In this document: positions 39,014 to 48,394 of the stretch, piece by piece
Position numbering within the stretch: the first letter of the stretch is position 1
Layout: each line of letters opens with the position of its first letter
Origin: an uncultured Methanosarcinales archaeon
GTDB taxonomy: Archaea; Nanobdellota; Nanobdellia; Woesearchaeales; UBA12501
Direction of reading: 5' to 3'
NCBI GenBank assembly: GCA_964343705.1
Contig: CAYFJX010000004.1
Span: 69,583-133,582, forward strand
DNA: 64,000 nt
Translations under genes and position numbers: made by a program
The notes under the pieces: generated by a model
Told to the model about the DNA's origin: nothing
What the model saw: only the letters and a program-made list of their open reading frames with translations
The model's database searches: none

Positions 39014-39622
39014 ATGCCAAAAGTACCAAAACACGCTGTTGAAGAACCTGAAGAAGATTATGACATTGTTCCCCACAAACGATTGGTGGAATTAGAACAA
39101 CAAGTTTCTCACATACAAAAGAACCCTTTTGGGGCTGTTCCTTCTGGAAAAGAGATGGTTGAAGGAATGCGAGCACTAAACAGAAATCTACACGATCTTA
39201 CTGGCTTGTTCAAAGATGCTGCTGAAGAAATGAAAACAGAGCAGCATGATCTTGAACTTGTTGAAAAACAGATGGGGCCTGTTCTCCACAAGCTTGAGAT
39301 GATTCTTGATCAAAACAGAAAAATTGCAAAAGGCATTATTGCCATTGCAGATATGTTAAAGGATCACGGCCAAAAAATTCATGAAGTGCACAGAAGCACA
39401 GCAGGTCGTTCACCTTTAGGACCAAGTCCTGAAGCACCACCTGGGCATATTAATCCTTTGCCACCTGGTGATATTCCTCCGCCAATGGGGTTTGCACCTC
39501 CACCTGGTGGTGCACCAATGGGACCTCCAGGAATGATGCCTCCACCACGAGGAGCTGGCATGGGACAACCAAAGCCAGGACGAGTGCCACCCTTTGCTCC
39601 ACCACCACGTCCAAAGAGGTAA
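39014..39622 (+). CDS. Coiled-coil protein with a Pro/Gly/Met-rich C-terminal tail
   Basis: N-terminal heptad-rich region. Tail is PPGHINPLPPGDIPPPMGFAPPPGGAPMGPPGMMPPPRGAGMGQPKPGRVPPFAPPPRPKR. Confidence 0.5.
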   Translation: MPKVPKHAVEEPEEDYDIVPHKRLVELEQQVSHIQKNPFGAVPSGKEMVEGMRALNRNLHDLTGLFKDAAEEMKTEQHDLELVEKQMGPVLHKLEMILDQNRKIAKGIIAIADMLKDHGQKIHEVHRSTAGRSPLGPSPEAPPGHINPLPPGDIPPPMGFAPPPGGAPMGPPGMMPPPRGAGMGQPKPGRVPPFAPPPRPKR

Positions 39623-39623
39623 G

Positions 39624-40295
39624 ATGGCTTCTCCAGAACTTCTAATGGAGTCAGGTGAACTGAAAGTACACCCCTTTATTTACAAGCGTTTTATTCGTGC
39701 ACTAGCTCGTGCTGCAAACAAACGTAAGAAACCAAAGATAGGTCATCGTGTAAAAGGTATTCCAAAACAGATTTACACATTCCAAAATCAAGTGCTCAAA
39801 AGAAAAGCACCACCTAAATTGCTTCGGAAAGAACTCAATGAATTGCAACGAAGTATCAATGAAGTTATCAACCAAGAGAAATATGTCATCTCAATTCATG
39901 AACAAGAGCATAAAACACTTGACAAGATTCAAGAAAAGCTCGAACCAGTTTCTAAGGATGTTGCTAAAAAGCTAAGAGAATTAGACAGGAAAAAGAAAGT
40001 ATCACGACACAGAAAAGGCAAACCAATACTCTTGCCTGCTTTGCCAGCTCCGTCTGGGAAACCTGAGGAGCATGAGTCGTTACTGGGGGTTATGGAACCA
40101 GAAAAGCCTAGTTTCACTGTGCAGCATCGTTTTATCATGCAAATAGAAGAGCAGCTCGAGGAGATAGAAGCGCACAAAAAGCAACTCTCACGAAGAAAGA
40201 GCACTGATAAAAAGAAACTTGCTGCACTTGAAAAAACAATCAAAAAGTTCAAACAAAAGCTTTCTGAATTACGAGAAAAACACGTTGCTGGGTAA
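39624..40295 (+). CDS. Basic coiled-coil protein
   Basis: Lys/Arg-rich with long predicted coiled coils. Start chosen at MASPELL; the ORF is open from 39594 and overlaps the previous gene. Confidence 0.45.
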   Translation: MASPELLMESGELKVHPFIYKRFIRALARAANKRKKPKIGHRVKGIPKQIYTFQNQVLKRKAPPKLLRKELNELQRSINEVINQEKYVISIHEQEHKTLDKIQEKLEPVSKDVAKKLRELDRKKKVSRHRKGKPILLPALPAPSGKPEEHESLLGVMEPEKPSFTVQHRFIMQIEEQLEEIEAHKKQLSRRKSTDKKKLAALEKTIKKFKQKLSELREKHVAG

Positions 40296-40297
40296 TT

Positions 40298-40546
40298 TTA
40301 TTGTTCATCTTTATGGTATATGTCCAGAAAGATGAGTGTATTTTCAGCTGGATTATATGCATAAGCTAATCTATAAGGTACAATATATACCTCTCTTGTT
40401 CCTTTTCTGTTGTATCTCATAGGTTTTCCAATCTTTGGATTTTCAATTATCTTTTCAACATGCTTCTTGATTTTTGCTTTTACTGCTTGGTTCTTTATTT
40501 TACTAATTGCTTTTAAGAAATCTTTCTTGTAATCAATATTTAACAT
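40298..40546 (-). CDS. relE: RelE/ParE-family toxin
   Basis: 82 aa. Begins LNIDYKKDFLKAISKI and has the C-terminal YRLAYAYNPAENTLIFLDIYHKDE, a RelE-like pattern. Confidence 0.65.
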   Translation of the reverse strand: MLNIDYKKDFLKAISKIKNQAVKAKIKKHVEKIIENPKIGKPMRYNRKGTREVYIVPYRLAYAYNPAENTLIFLDIYHKDEQ

Positions 40547-40806
40547 GCATGTAACTCCTTAAGAAAATCATCCTTTGTTTTACGTTCAAATTTACCTTTA
40601 TCATGATCTTGCCATGCTTTTTCAACTCGCTCAGCAAAAACAAGATCTTCTTTTAGATCTTCAGCTAGGTCTTTGACATTTTTCATTATGAGTTTGCCCT
40701 TGTCCTCAACAATCAAAAATTCATCACCACTATGGATGTCTTTTCGTAACGGGCTTGGTATAACTATTTGTCCTTTTGTGCTTACTTTTGCAATCGCAAA
40801 TTTCAT
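40540..40806 (-). CDS. AbrB/MazE-type (SpoVT-AbrB) antitoxin
   Basis: AKVSTKGQIVIPSPLRKDIHSGDEFLIVED is a swapped-hairpin motif. It overlaps relE by 7 nt. Confidence 0.65.
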   Translation of the reverse strand: MKFAIAKVSTKGQIVIPSPLRKDIHSGDEFLIVEDKGKLIMKNVKDLAEDLKEDLVFAERVEKAWQDHDKGKFERKTKDDFLKELHAC

Positions 40807-40838
40807 AATATCACCTAGGTAAGGTATGTCTTACTTAC

Positions 40839-41312
40839 TTATAAAGCTTTCTTTTTTTGGATTAACTCATCAAATGAAACAGTGATGAATTGGGGGTTAT
40901 CTAGCCCTAGTTTGTTTGTAATCATTTCTTTGTTGATGTTCTCTCCTGTTAGGATCAAAAACTCACCAACATCTTCAATAAGCTCTATACTGATTTGATT
41001 TTCTTCAAAATCAAAAAATCTCCTTTTCTTTTTTAAAACACATTTTATTTCATGCTTTTTTACTAACTCTTTTTTAGTTTGTTCATTATCAGTAAGTGGC
41101 TGTTTTTCTTTTATTTCAAAACCACCGTCCTTTGCTTGTAATCTTACCAAGAAATTGCCTTTATCAGTTTCACTAACTTTTAGAACCAACCCAACTGGCT
41201 GTGGGTAGTAAGTATCAACTACAGCCACTTCTTCAGAAAATACAGCTCCAGCTGCAACTAGTTGTTTTTCTATTTTTTTATAATTCTCAATCCTAATTTT
41301 TAGTTCTTTCAT
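40839..41312 (-). CDS. CYTH-like domain protein (class IV adenylyl cyclase / triphosphatase fold)
   Basis: Begins MKELKIRIENY, an ExExK-like start, followed by alternating charged beta-strand patterns. 157 aa. Confidence 0.4.
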   Translation of the reverse strand: MKELKIRIENYKKIEKQLVAAGAVFSEEVAVVDTYYPQPVGLVLKVSETDKGNFLVRLQAKDGGFEIKEKQPLTDNEQTKKELVKKHEIKCVLKKKRRFFDFEENQISIELIEDVGEFLILTGENINKEMITNKLGLDNPQFITVSFDELIQKKKAL

Positions 41313-41336
41313 AGAATAAGAAAAAAGAAAAGAAAA

Positions 41337-41708
41337 TTATAAATCTTTTGCCATAACTGTACTTCGCTTGTTACCTTGTGCTCGCTCAACTGCGTTCTTA
41401 ACCATCATGTTTAGAACATTGTTAAGTCCTTCTGCTAGGTCACCTGCGACATTACATCCTTCGCATGCTTCCTTAAGCTTGGATCGCACTACTAGCATTG
41501 CTCCTGCCTTATCACAACAGTAATTGTAGCCAACATCCTTTGGCATAACAGTACTTCGTTTGTTGTCTTTTGCTCGAGCTACTGCGTCTTTAAGTAGTTC
41601 TCGTGCTTTTCCGTCAAGTGCTTGTGCTAGGTCTCCAGCAACATTTGCATTGCCAGCTACTTCTTTTATTTTTGCCTTTACAATTAATAGGTCTGCCATG
41701 TTTTTCAC
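41337..41708 (-). CDS. Doublet histone-fold protein (two tandem histone-like repeats in one polypeptide)
   Basis: Two ~60-aa repeats: ..AGNANVAGDLAQALDGKARELLKDAVARAKDNKRSTVMPKDV and ..CEGCNVAGDLAEGLNNVLNMMVKNAVERAQGNKRSTVMAKDL. The tail resembles the histone motif HAGRKTIKAEDI. Confidence 0.55.
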   Translation of the reverse strand: MKNMADLLIVKAKIKEVAGNANVAGDLAQALDGKARELLKDAVARAKDNKRSTVMPKDVGYNYCCDKAGAMLVVRSKLKEACEGCNVAGDLAEGLNNVLNMMVKNAVERAQGNKRSTVMAKDL

Positions 41709-41865
41709 CCCTCCATGAGTTTTACTTGTTTTATTGCCTGAAATTGCTGTTTTCAGACGTCTTACGCTTTTACGTGTTCGAATCTAATTTGTCATCTTAT
41801 ATAAAGATTGTGGAAACACACCGCAAACTATTTATATATGCCTCGATCATTATTCTATACAAAAA

Positions 41866-42075
41866 ATGGGCTCTCACAACGTACAAAAGCTGATTTTGCT
41901 TTTTTCAACTGTTATCCTTTTCTCAGGGTTAGTCCTCATCTTTGCAGATGGGGCTACTTTGACAGGGGCTGCAGTTACTGACTTGCCCGCCCCAAGCCCC
42001 TTAATTTTATTTGTGGTGTTGGGAATAACAATTTACATTATTTTAGGGATTACACAGACACATGGCAAAGATTGA
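41866..42075 (+). CDS. Small two-TM membrane protein
   Basis: 69 aa, hydrophobic. Overlaps the start of the downstream gene. Confidence 0.35.
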   Translation: MGSHNVQKLILLFSTVILFSGLVLIFADGATLTGAAVTDLPAPSPLILFVVLGITIYIILGITQTHGKD

Positions 42076-42949
42076 TTTAATTACAGCGGGTGGTCAAGCT
42101 GTTATAGAAGGCGTTATGATGCGTTCTACTGAGAAGGTTGCAGTAGCAGTTCGTACACCAAACAAAAAAATTGCCATGCAAGAAAAAACAATCAAACCAC
42201 TTAGTAAAAAATACAAATTTCTTGGCTGGCCACTTGTGCGTGGTGTAATTGGCATGGCTGAAATGATGGTGGTAGGTATCAAAGCACTGAACTGGTCTGC
42301 GAACCAAGCCCTTGGTGAGGAAGAAGAACTTTCATGGTATCAGCTTGCGATTACTATGATGATTTCTTTTGGTTTTGCGATTGTTATTTTCAAATTTGTT
42401 CCTTTGCTTATTGCAGAGTTTGCCAACAAGTCAAGCTCACTGGTGCAAGAAAACTATCTTTTGTTTAACCTGGTAGATGGTTTGTCACGAATTGCTTTAT
42501 TTTTGTTGTACATTTTTTGTATTTCGTTCATGGATGATATCAAACGATTGTTTATGTATCACGGCGCAGAACACAAAGCAGTGCACTGTTATGAACACTA
42601 CAAGGGTGACAAGAAAAAACTTACTGTGAAGAATGTGCAATCATTTACCACACTACATCCAAGATGTGGGACGAGTTTTATCCTTATTGTTCTTATTTTG
42701 AGTGTGATGGTGTATAGTTTCATCCCTAAGGATTTTGGCTTTTGGGGAAAGCTAGGATTACGACTTCTACTCCTCCCCATTCTAGCAGGTGTCTCTTATG
42801 AGGTACTGCGTTTCAGCGCAAAGTATCGTGAGAATTGGTTCATGAAAATTATTATTTGGCCAGGGCTTATGACACAGAAATTAACAACAAAAGAACCAGA
42901 AGATGACATGGTTACAGTAGCAATTAAAGCATTGAAGGCTGTAATTTAA
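42062..42949 (+). CDS. DUF1385-like membrane protein
   Basis: Conserved core AVIEGVMMR...YHGAEHKAVHCYE, characteristic of this family. Confidence 0.5.
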   Translation: MAKIDLITAGGQAVIEGVMMRSTEKVAVAVRTPNKKIAMQEKTIKPLSKKYKFLGWPLVRGVIGMAEMMVVGIKALNWSANQALGEEEELSWYQLAITMMISFGFAIVIFKFVPLLIAEFANKSSSLVQENYLLFNLVDGLSRIALFLLYIFCISFMDDIKRLFMYHGAEHKAVHCYEHYKGDKKKLTVKNVQSFTTLHPRCGTSFILIVLILSVMVYSFIPKDFGFWGKLGLRLLLLPILAGVSYEVLRFSAKYRENWFMKIIIWPGLMTQKLTTKEPEDDMVTVAIKALKAVI

Positions 42950-42952
42950 TTC

Positions 42953-44665
42953 TTACCTATGTCCAAAGCAGAACACGTGCACATCGCCTTCTCGTCGGTC
43001 AAGCCGACAGAATCCAACCCGCTCAAACTGGACAGTGCTGCCGATTTCAAGATCTTTTATTCTTTGCTCACCCAGGCCATCATGGTATTCACCATCTGGC
43101 ATTTGCAACTTTACTTTGATTAAGTCAGCGTCACCTGGTAGCCAGTGAATAATTGCCTTTCCTTGTTGCTTGAATTTTTCATAATCAAGGCTGTCAAACA
43201 CATACTCTGTTCCTTTCTTTGTGAAGTTGATGCAATCTATGAGTCGAATTAATGCTCCTTCATCTAGTTTTTGTATGCGTTCATAATCTTCTTTTGCAAG
43301 GTAAAACGTCTTGCCTGTCTTAAATTTCCTGCCACCCTTTCTATGTTCTGGGTGTATGTCAAGTTCTACCTCTTGTTCTGGTGCGCCCTGCACTGTTATT
43401 GCAATGGGTTCTTGAGCAAAGAAGAATCTGTTGGAGCTTGCGTCAATTATGTCTTTGTTAAACGCATTGATGGATTTGAAAAACTCATTGGCTTGCACTT
43501 TTTTGTCAACAAGTGTTACACCAACACTGAGTGCGTATTTTTTGAAGGCATTTGGTTGGTAGCCTCGACGCTTTAGTGCTTGGATAAACGGAATTCGTAT
43601 GTCTTCCCAGCCAGTGTATTGTCCTGTCTCAATTGCTTTCCTGGTTTCACTAGCAGACACTTTAAGTCCTTCAAAGTTGATTCTACCAATATGCAGGTAC
43701 TCTGGTTTTTTCCATTTTAAATACTCAAAAATGTATTCTTGTCGTTTAGTATTGTCATAATGATCTTTGCCTCGCAGTACATGGGTGAGTCCCATGTCAT
43801 GATCATCAATGGCAACAGCAAAGTTAAGCAAGGGCCACACCTTGTACTTTTTCCCTTGACGAGGATGTTCATTTTCATTTATTCGTAAAAGCGGGAAGTC
43901 TCGCATTGCGGGATTCTTATGTTTCATATCTGTCTTGAGTCGTACTACTGCGTCACCTTCAGTAAAGCCATTAAACATTTTACGCCATAACTCCTCATTG
44001 GTTTTGACACCATTTTTTCGACAGGGGCATTCTTCTTGTTTCTTGGACATTTCTCTAAATTCATCACCAGTACAAGTACACACATACGAAAATCCTTTTT
44101 CAATAAGCTGTAATGCATGCGTGTAATACAACTCCATGCGGTCAGATTGAATAAGTGTTTGGTGTGGAACATCGTTACACAGCCAGTTAAAGTCTTGCTC
44201 AAGTAATGCATAAGCATTTGGGTCAATATTGTCAGGGTTAGTATCTGCAATTCTCAGAATGAGTCGTCCTTTGTATTTTTGTGCATACGCAAAGTTCAAC
44301 ATCAAAGGGTAGGCGTGACCAATGTGCATTGGACCGGAAGGTGATGGCTCAAACCGAAGAACCACTCTGCCTTCTTGCACGTTTTCTAGTTCTTTAATTT
44401 CTTTTTTTGTTGTTTCTTTTTTAGCAACAAGATCTGCACTTGCTTCTAATTCTTTTTGTTGGTCTTCAAGTGACATGGCATTTACTTCTTGGACTATTGC
44501 CTGGATTCGTTGCATGACAGTAGCCATGTCTTCCTTGTTCTTTTTCAGATCAGGGTATTGCCCAAGTATTTTCCCTACAATTTTCCCAGGGTTTGCTTTG
44601 CCTTCGTACTGCACTGCGTTCTGGAGTGCGAGTGCTCGTATTGTTTTTTCAATGACTCCTTTCAT
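42953..44665 (-). CDS. gltX: Glutamyl-tRNA synthetase, archaeal/eukaryal type
   Basis: HIGH motif in RFEPSPSGPMHIGHAYPLMLNFAYAQ. 570 aa with a class I catalytic core and an archaeal-type C-terminal anticodon-binding region. Confidence 0.85.
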   Translation of the reverse strand: MKGVIEKTIRALALQNAVQYEGKANPGKIVGKILGQYPDLKKNKEDMATVMQRIQAIVQEVNAMSLEDQQKELEASADLVAKKETTKKEIKELENVQEGRVVLRFEPSPSGPMHIGHAYPLMLNFAYAQKYKGRLILRIADTNPDNIDPNAYALLEQDFNWLCNDVPHQTLIQSDRMELYYTHALQLIEKGFSYVCTCTGDEFREMSKKQEECPCRKNGVKTNEELWRKMFNGFTEGDAVVRLKTDMKHKNPAMRDFPLLRINENEHPRQGKKYKVWPLLNFAVAIDDHDMGLTHVLRGKDHYDNTKRQEYIFEYLKWKKPEYLHIGRINFEGLKVSASETRKAIETGQYTGWEDIRIPFIQALKRRGYQPNAFKKYALSVGVTLVDKKVQANEFFKSINAFNKDIIDASSNRFFFAQEPIAITVQGAPEQEVELDIHPEHRKGGRKFKTGKTFYLAKEDYERIQKLDEGALIRLIDCINFTKKGTEYVFDSLDYEKFKQQGKAIIHWLPGDADLIKVKLQMPDGEYHDGLGEQRIKDLEIGSTVQFERVGFCRLDRREGDVHVFCFGHR

Positions 44666-44727
44666 GGGTTGTTGGGGTTATTTGGGGTTTTTATAGTTTG
44701 TTATTGGGTGTGCTTTGGGTAAAATTA

Positions 44728-44862
44728 GTTTCAGCTGGGGCTGTTTCAAAACCATATCTGACATTGCACAGTTTTAACCGGGCCGTGTTCCGGCCCGGAT
44801 TTAACGGCAAAGCCGTTCTATCTGTGCGTTTGAAATACTCTTTGACTTTGAAGAACTTGCAG
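44728..44862 (+). repeat. REP-A intergenic element, copy 2
   Basis: gtttcagctggggctgtttcaaaa...tgcacagttttaaccgggccgtgttccggcccgg...ctgtgcg...ctttgactttgaagaacttgc. Confidence 0.7.
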
Positions 44863-44953
44863 ATGTCAGATCCCAACCGTATCCTGCCTTATTTTTGTTT
44901 CATGCCTTTAACTTGCCGAAATACTTATAAACTATTACAACCTTGCATCTTTC

Positions 44954-45181
44954 ATGGGACAGAAACAATCAACCATTATTCCAAAGGCACCTGTGGGCAG
45001 AATTATTTTGAATTCTGGTGCAAAGCGGGTAAGCCAGGATGCCATTGATGTGTTTACTGACGTGCTTGAAGATCTTGCTGAGCAAATTGGCACGCACGCA
45101 GTGAGTATTGCAAAGCATGCTGGTAGAAAAACTGTTCATGATTCTGATATTAAACTTGCAGCTAATAGTTTAAGAAGGTGA
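44954..45181 (+). CDS. Archaeal histone (HMf family)
   Basis: LPKAPVGRIILNSGAKRVSQDAIDVFTDVLEDLAEQIGTHAVSIAKHAGRKTVHDSDIKLAA is a canonical archaeal histone fold. 75 aa. Confidence 0.85.
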   Translation: MGQKQSTIIPKAPVGRIILNSGAKRVSQDAIDVFTDVLEDLAEQIGTHAVSIAKHAGRKTVHDSDIKLAANSLRR

Positions 45182-45994
45182 TTATACTTGATCTGCTATA
45201 ACATGTTTTGCAATGTATTGTTCATTGCACGTTCTGGTCCTGTCTAATTCTCCAATAATTCTTTCTGGTTGACTCCCAAAGCGTTGCATCATCAAGTTGA
45301 GCATCAAATCACGACGTTCTTGGTAAGAAATTCCTTCAAATAAAGCATGGTCTTCTGCAGTAACAGGTCTATATTGAGGTGCTCCTATTTCTCCAGTGAG
45401 GGGATCATAACCTTTTTGCGTTAAGTCCATTACAAGGACTTCCATGTGTACTTGTTCGCCATACTGTTTGATTTCATCTGGTGTAAACTCTCGAGCACCA
45501 GCTCGTAAGTACATGGCACGTAATTGGTCAGTTGTTAAAGGGTATCGTGAGTCTCCTTGTCCTGGTTTTTTTGGTTCACCAACAAGTTGCATGTCCCGAC
45601 CATTTGCAAGCTTAACTGATTGGAGCAAAAGTATTTTTGCAATGCCACTTTTGAAATGGTCTGGGTCAGTAGTAAGCATGCTTAATTCAAGAAAGCGTGG
45701 ATCAAGACGAGCAATTCCTGCATTTTCCATAAATCCAGCATACCCAAGAACATCACCTTTGTATCCTGGCATTGCGGTTGCCACATTTCGTGCCACTAAT
45801 GCAAATTCATATGCTGTGCATGAAGAACAGTTTTTGTTTGCTGTGTTAATTCCAGTAGGTATTGTTTCAGCAAGTGATATGCCTACTTCTACAGGTGTTC
45901 GCTCATCAGAAAAAGGCTTGGTTCGTAAATTTAATACTACAGAATCTAAGTCATGCTCATGCACAATTCTACCTGGTAAATGTATTCCACCCAT
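45182..45994 (-). CDS. Hypothetical protein
   Basis: 270-aa ORF with no confident motif. Confidence 0.4.
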   Translation of the reverse strand: MGGIHLPGRIVHEHDLDSVVLNLRTKPFSDERTPVEVGISLAETIPTGINTANKNCSSCTAYEFALVARNVATAMPGYKGDVLGYAGFMENAGIARLDPRFLELSMLTTDPDHFKSGIAKILLLQSVKLANGRDMQLVGEPKKPGQGDSRYPLTTDQLRAMYLRAGAREFTPDEIKQYGEQVHMEVLVMDLTQKGYDPLTGEIGAPQYRPVTAEDHALFEGISYQERRDLMLNLMMQRFGSQPERIIGELDRTRTCNEQYIAKHVIADQV

Positions 45995-46098
45995 TGTCTC
46001 TCAGTTTCACCTTTATTTAGGTATTAGAACATTGTTGCATATATGAACTTAATGTTATTATGGTAACAGAATTAGCTAAAAAGTGTTATTCTTGCTGA

Positions 46099-46575
46099 CT
46101 AGGCAGCCTGGTCTATGTTATATGCTTGGAGCTGTGGTGTATTGAGCGAAACAACATCTGCTTCAAGCGTGGGTTGGTCATATCTTGTATTCCTATAATC
46201 CAATGCCTGTGCCCATCCACCGCGAACTTCAATAACTGGTCGTGGTATGCCGTTATACCCTGCTCTAGGAGAAAACGCACCTGTACTTCTCATGGCAAGC
46301 CTATATGCTTCATCACGACGCAAGCCTTTAGGTAGCTCCACACGCTCACCATTGCGACACGCTTTTTGTATACTTTGCACTAGCTCGGATTGCCCTATTT
46401 GTTCACAAGCCTCGTCAACACTAGTGCCTATCATGCAAAATACACTCACAGACAATATCTTAGATGGATTGTTGTCTGTTCGTAATAGTAAAGGCCATCT
46501 AATATTTTTGTCCTTTACTAAACCTGGGGGTTTTAGTCCTTCTTCCGCACCATCACCTCTTTGATCAGTGCCCAC
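46099..46575 (-). CDS. Hypothetical protein
   Basis: 158-aa ORF with no recognisable motifs. Confidence 0.35.
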   Translation of the reverse strand: MGTDQRGDGAEEGLKPPGLVKDKNIRWPLLLRTDNNPSKILSVSVFCMIGTSVDEACEQIGQSELVQSIQKACRNGERVELPKGLRRDEAYRLAMRSTGAFSPRAGYNGIPRPVIEVRGGWAQALDYRNTRYDQPTLEADVVSLNTPQLQAYNIDQAA

Positions 46576-46800
46576 ATTACTATATTGGTCTAGCTATTTA
46601 ATATGTTGGTATAGGGAGTATATACCTAGAATTACTTATTCAACAATACTTTTCTCAATGCTTGGTAACGAGCATTACCTTCTTTCAGAATTTTCAAAGA
46701 GTTTTTGTAATTGAGCTTCAAGCTCTGACGTGTCTGTATAACTAGTATCTGCAGTCATACATGTGGAAAATTTTTAAGATATTTAAGGCTTTCTAGATGC

Positions 46801-47733
46801 TTAAAAATGATCCCTATGCCCACCATTAGGAAAACATTGCTGGTAGAAGTCACACTGGCCAGTTGACCATCGACAGAGAGGACTTGGCTTCATGGGGTAC
46901 TCTTTAATCTCTTTTGTTTGTGTTGCAAAATGTATTTGTTCAATTTCAAACTTTGCAAAGTCAACAAGTTCTTGGTCAACATCAAGACATACTTCTTTGC
47001 CTGACTTGAGAAATACAATCCCTACGCGGTGGGGCTTGCTGCCATGTTTTTGCTCGTACAGCAATGCGTAAATAGCAAGTTGCAATTTGTAATTGTCAGT
47101 CATTTTACTTGACTTACTTGTCTTATAATCCATTAATGCAATCTTGTTCTCGCCTTTTGTATCTTGGTATTCTTCGATGTAATCAATAAAACCACGCACC
47201 ATGTGTTCTTCACACTTAACACCTTGTTCTAATGCAATTGGCTTAAGTTTTTCAAATGCTTCTTTGACTGTTTTTCCTTCTAGTTCACCGCGAAGACGCA
47301 CTAAGAAATTATTTAACCAGTTCGCAAGCATCATAATTGTTTCTTCATAGTAAAAAACAATCTTGTCTTCAGTCAAGCCAAGAGTGATTATTTTTTTTCG
47401 GTTCTTGTTCCACAGTGCCGTAAACAAATTTTTTACATAGTGTGTCATGTACTCCACATAGTTCTCAGGATTCATGTTGTCTGTGTTGATTTCAAAGAAT
47501 TTTTCAAGAACAGTGTGTGCAATTTTTCCACGGACAAGGTGGATGTTTTCCTTGCCTGGCAGTTTCAAAACATATTGGTAGTAATATTTTCGTGGGCATT
47601 GCTTGTGTGTGAGAATGGAACTAGGAGATTGTACTCTACTTGCGATTTCTTTCATTGACTTCTTTGGTGTGAAGTCTTTGTTAATAACATTGAGTTCAGA
47701 ACCTGCCTCCATTTTTTGCATCACCTCTCCCAT
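46801..47733 (-). CDS. Cas4-like PD-(D/E)xK nuclease with a 4Fe-4S cluster (RecB-family exonuclease, DUF83-like); stand-alone
   Basis: N-terminal Cys in HKQCPRKYYYQYVL. RGFIDYIE...ALMDYKTSK matches the D...E-x-K core. C-terminal CRWSTGQCDFYQQC provides three further Cys. Confidence 0.65.
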   Translation of the reverse strand: MGEVMQKMEAGSELNVINKDFTPKKSMKEIASRVQSPSSILTHKQCPRKYYYQYVLKLPGKENIHLVRGKIAHTVLEKFFEINTDNMNPENYVEYMTHYVKNLFTALWNKNRKKIITLGLTEDKIVFYYEETIMMLANWLNNFLVRLRGELEGKTVKEAFEKLKPIALEQGVKCEEHMVRGFIDYIEEYQDTKGENKIALMDYKTSKSSKMTDNYKLQLAIYALLYEQKHGSKPHRVGIVFLKSGKEVCLDVDQELVDFAKFEIEQIHFATQTKEIKEYPMKPSPLCRWSTGQCDFYQQCFPNGGHRDHF

Positions 47734-47826
47734 TCTGCTTTGTGCTGGTTTATAAATTTTTTCAGCTTTGGATAATATGTTTTTAGCATAAACTAAATAA
47801 ATGGGCTATTATTCTTAGCGTGTTAT

Positions 47827-47954
47827 GGGCTGGTAGTTAAATCTGGTATAACGCTCGGCTGGCAGCCGAGACCGAGACAAACTCGGCGGTTAAGGCTCCG
47901 GGTTCAAATATCCATGGGGGGACTCCTCGGGAATTGAAAGTCCCGGCCAGTCCA
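47827..47954 (+). tRNA. tRNA-Ala (anticodon GGC) with two putative non-canonical introns (variable region and T-loop)
   Basis: Acceptor gggctgg/ccagtcc with G3:U70. Anticodon stem ctcgg/ccgag, loop ctGGCag. ~18-nt insert accgagacaaactcggcg in the variable region. T stem ccggg/cccgg is interrupted after ttcaaa(t) by about 31 nt. Discriminator A. Confidence 0.55.
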
Positions 47955-47978
47955 TATTTTTTTCTTTGATAATAAGGG

Positions 47979-48097
47979 CGCCCGCCCCGGGATTTTCATC
48001 CAAACACTTGTTGTTGCCTAGATTTTGAACCCGGATAGCTGGTAAACCAGCAGCTGGGATCTCAACCCAGTGCAATACCAAGTTATGCGAAGCGGGC
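47979..48097 (-). tRNA. tRNA-Leu (anticodon GAG), class II, with a putative ~31-nt intron in the T-loop
   Basis: Minus-strand acceptor gcccgct/ggcgggc. Anticodon stem ctggg/cccag, loop ttGAGat. Long variable hairpin gctgg-ttta-ccagc. T stem ccggg/cccgg separated by ttcaaa + insert + at. Confidence 0.55.
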
Positions 48098-48157
48098 ATT
48101 TTCATATGGTTCTTATTTAGTTTTACGAAAAATATTTATACTTCATTACATCTAAGT

Positions 48158-48199
48158 GCTTTGGATCTCAACTCAGTGCGTCCAAGTTATACGATGCGC
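48158..48199 (-). pseudogene. Partial tRNA-Leu-like fragment (5' two-thirds: acceptor/D/anticodon arm), degenerate
   Basis: Minus strand ..gcgcatcgtataacttggacgcactgagttgagatccaaag aligns with the tRNA-Leu 5' part (..cgcataacttggtattgcactgggttgagatcccag). Confidence 0.45.
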
Positions 48200-48233
48200 T
48201 TTTTTTCTTTTCATTTTTTCTTTAATTATAATG

Positions 48234-48355
48234 AGGCGAGGGCGGGATTTTCATCCGCGGTAGATACTTCCACTCACACTTTTGAACCCGCGTGATACGG
48301 ATGTATCATCCTGACCTTCAACCAGGTGCCTTAGACCTGACTCGGCCACCTCGCC
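48234..48355 (-). tRNA. Class II tRNA (Ser/Leu-type long variable arm) with a putative T-loop intron; anticodon assignment uncertain
   Basis: Acceptor ggcgagg/cctcgcc is a perfect stem. Anticodon arm cctgg-ttgaagg-tcagg reads GAA under standard framing, which is atypical for class II. Variable hairpin gatac-atcc-gtatc. T stem gcggg/cccgc is interrupted by about 31 nt. Confidence 0.45.
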
Positions 48356-48394
48356 AGATGGAAAATTATTTATAGTTGTATTATTTTACAAGTG

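Noticed and set aside
48234-48355. Calling the class II tRNA as tRNA-Phe because the loop reads GAA
   Set aside because: A long variable hairpin is incompatible with tRNA-Phe. The anticodon call is left open pending a proper tRNA search, including the possibility of a small anticodon-loop intron or a pseudogene.
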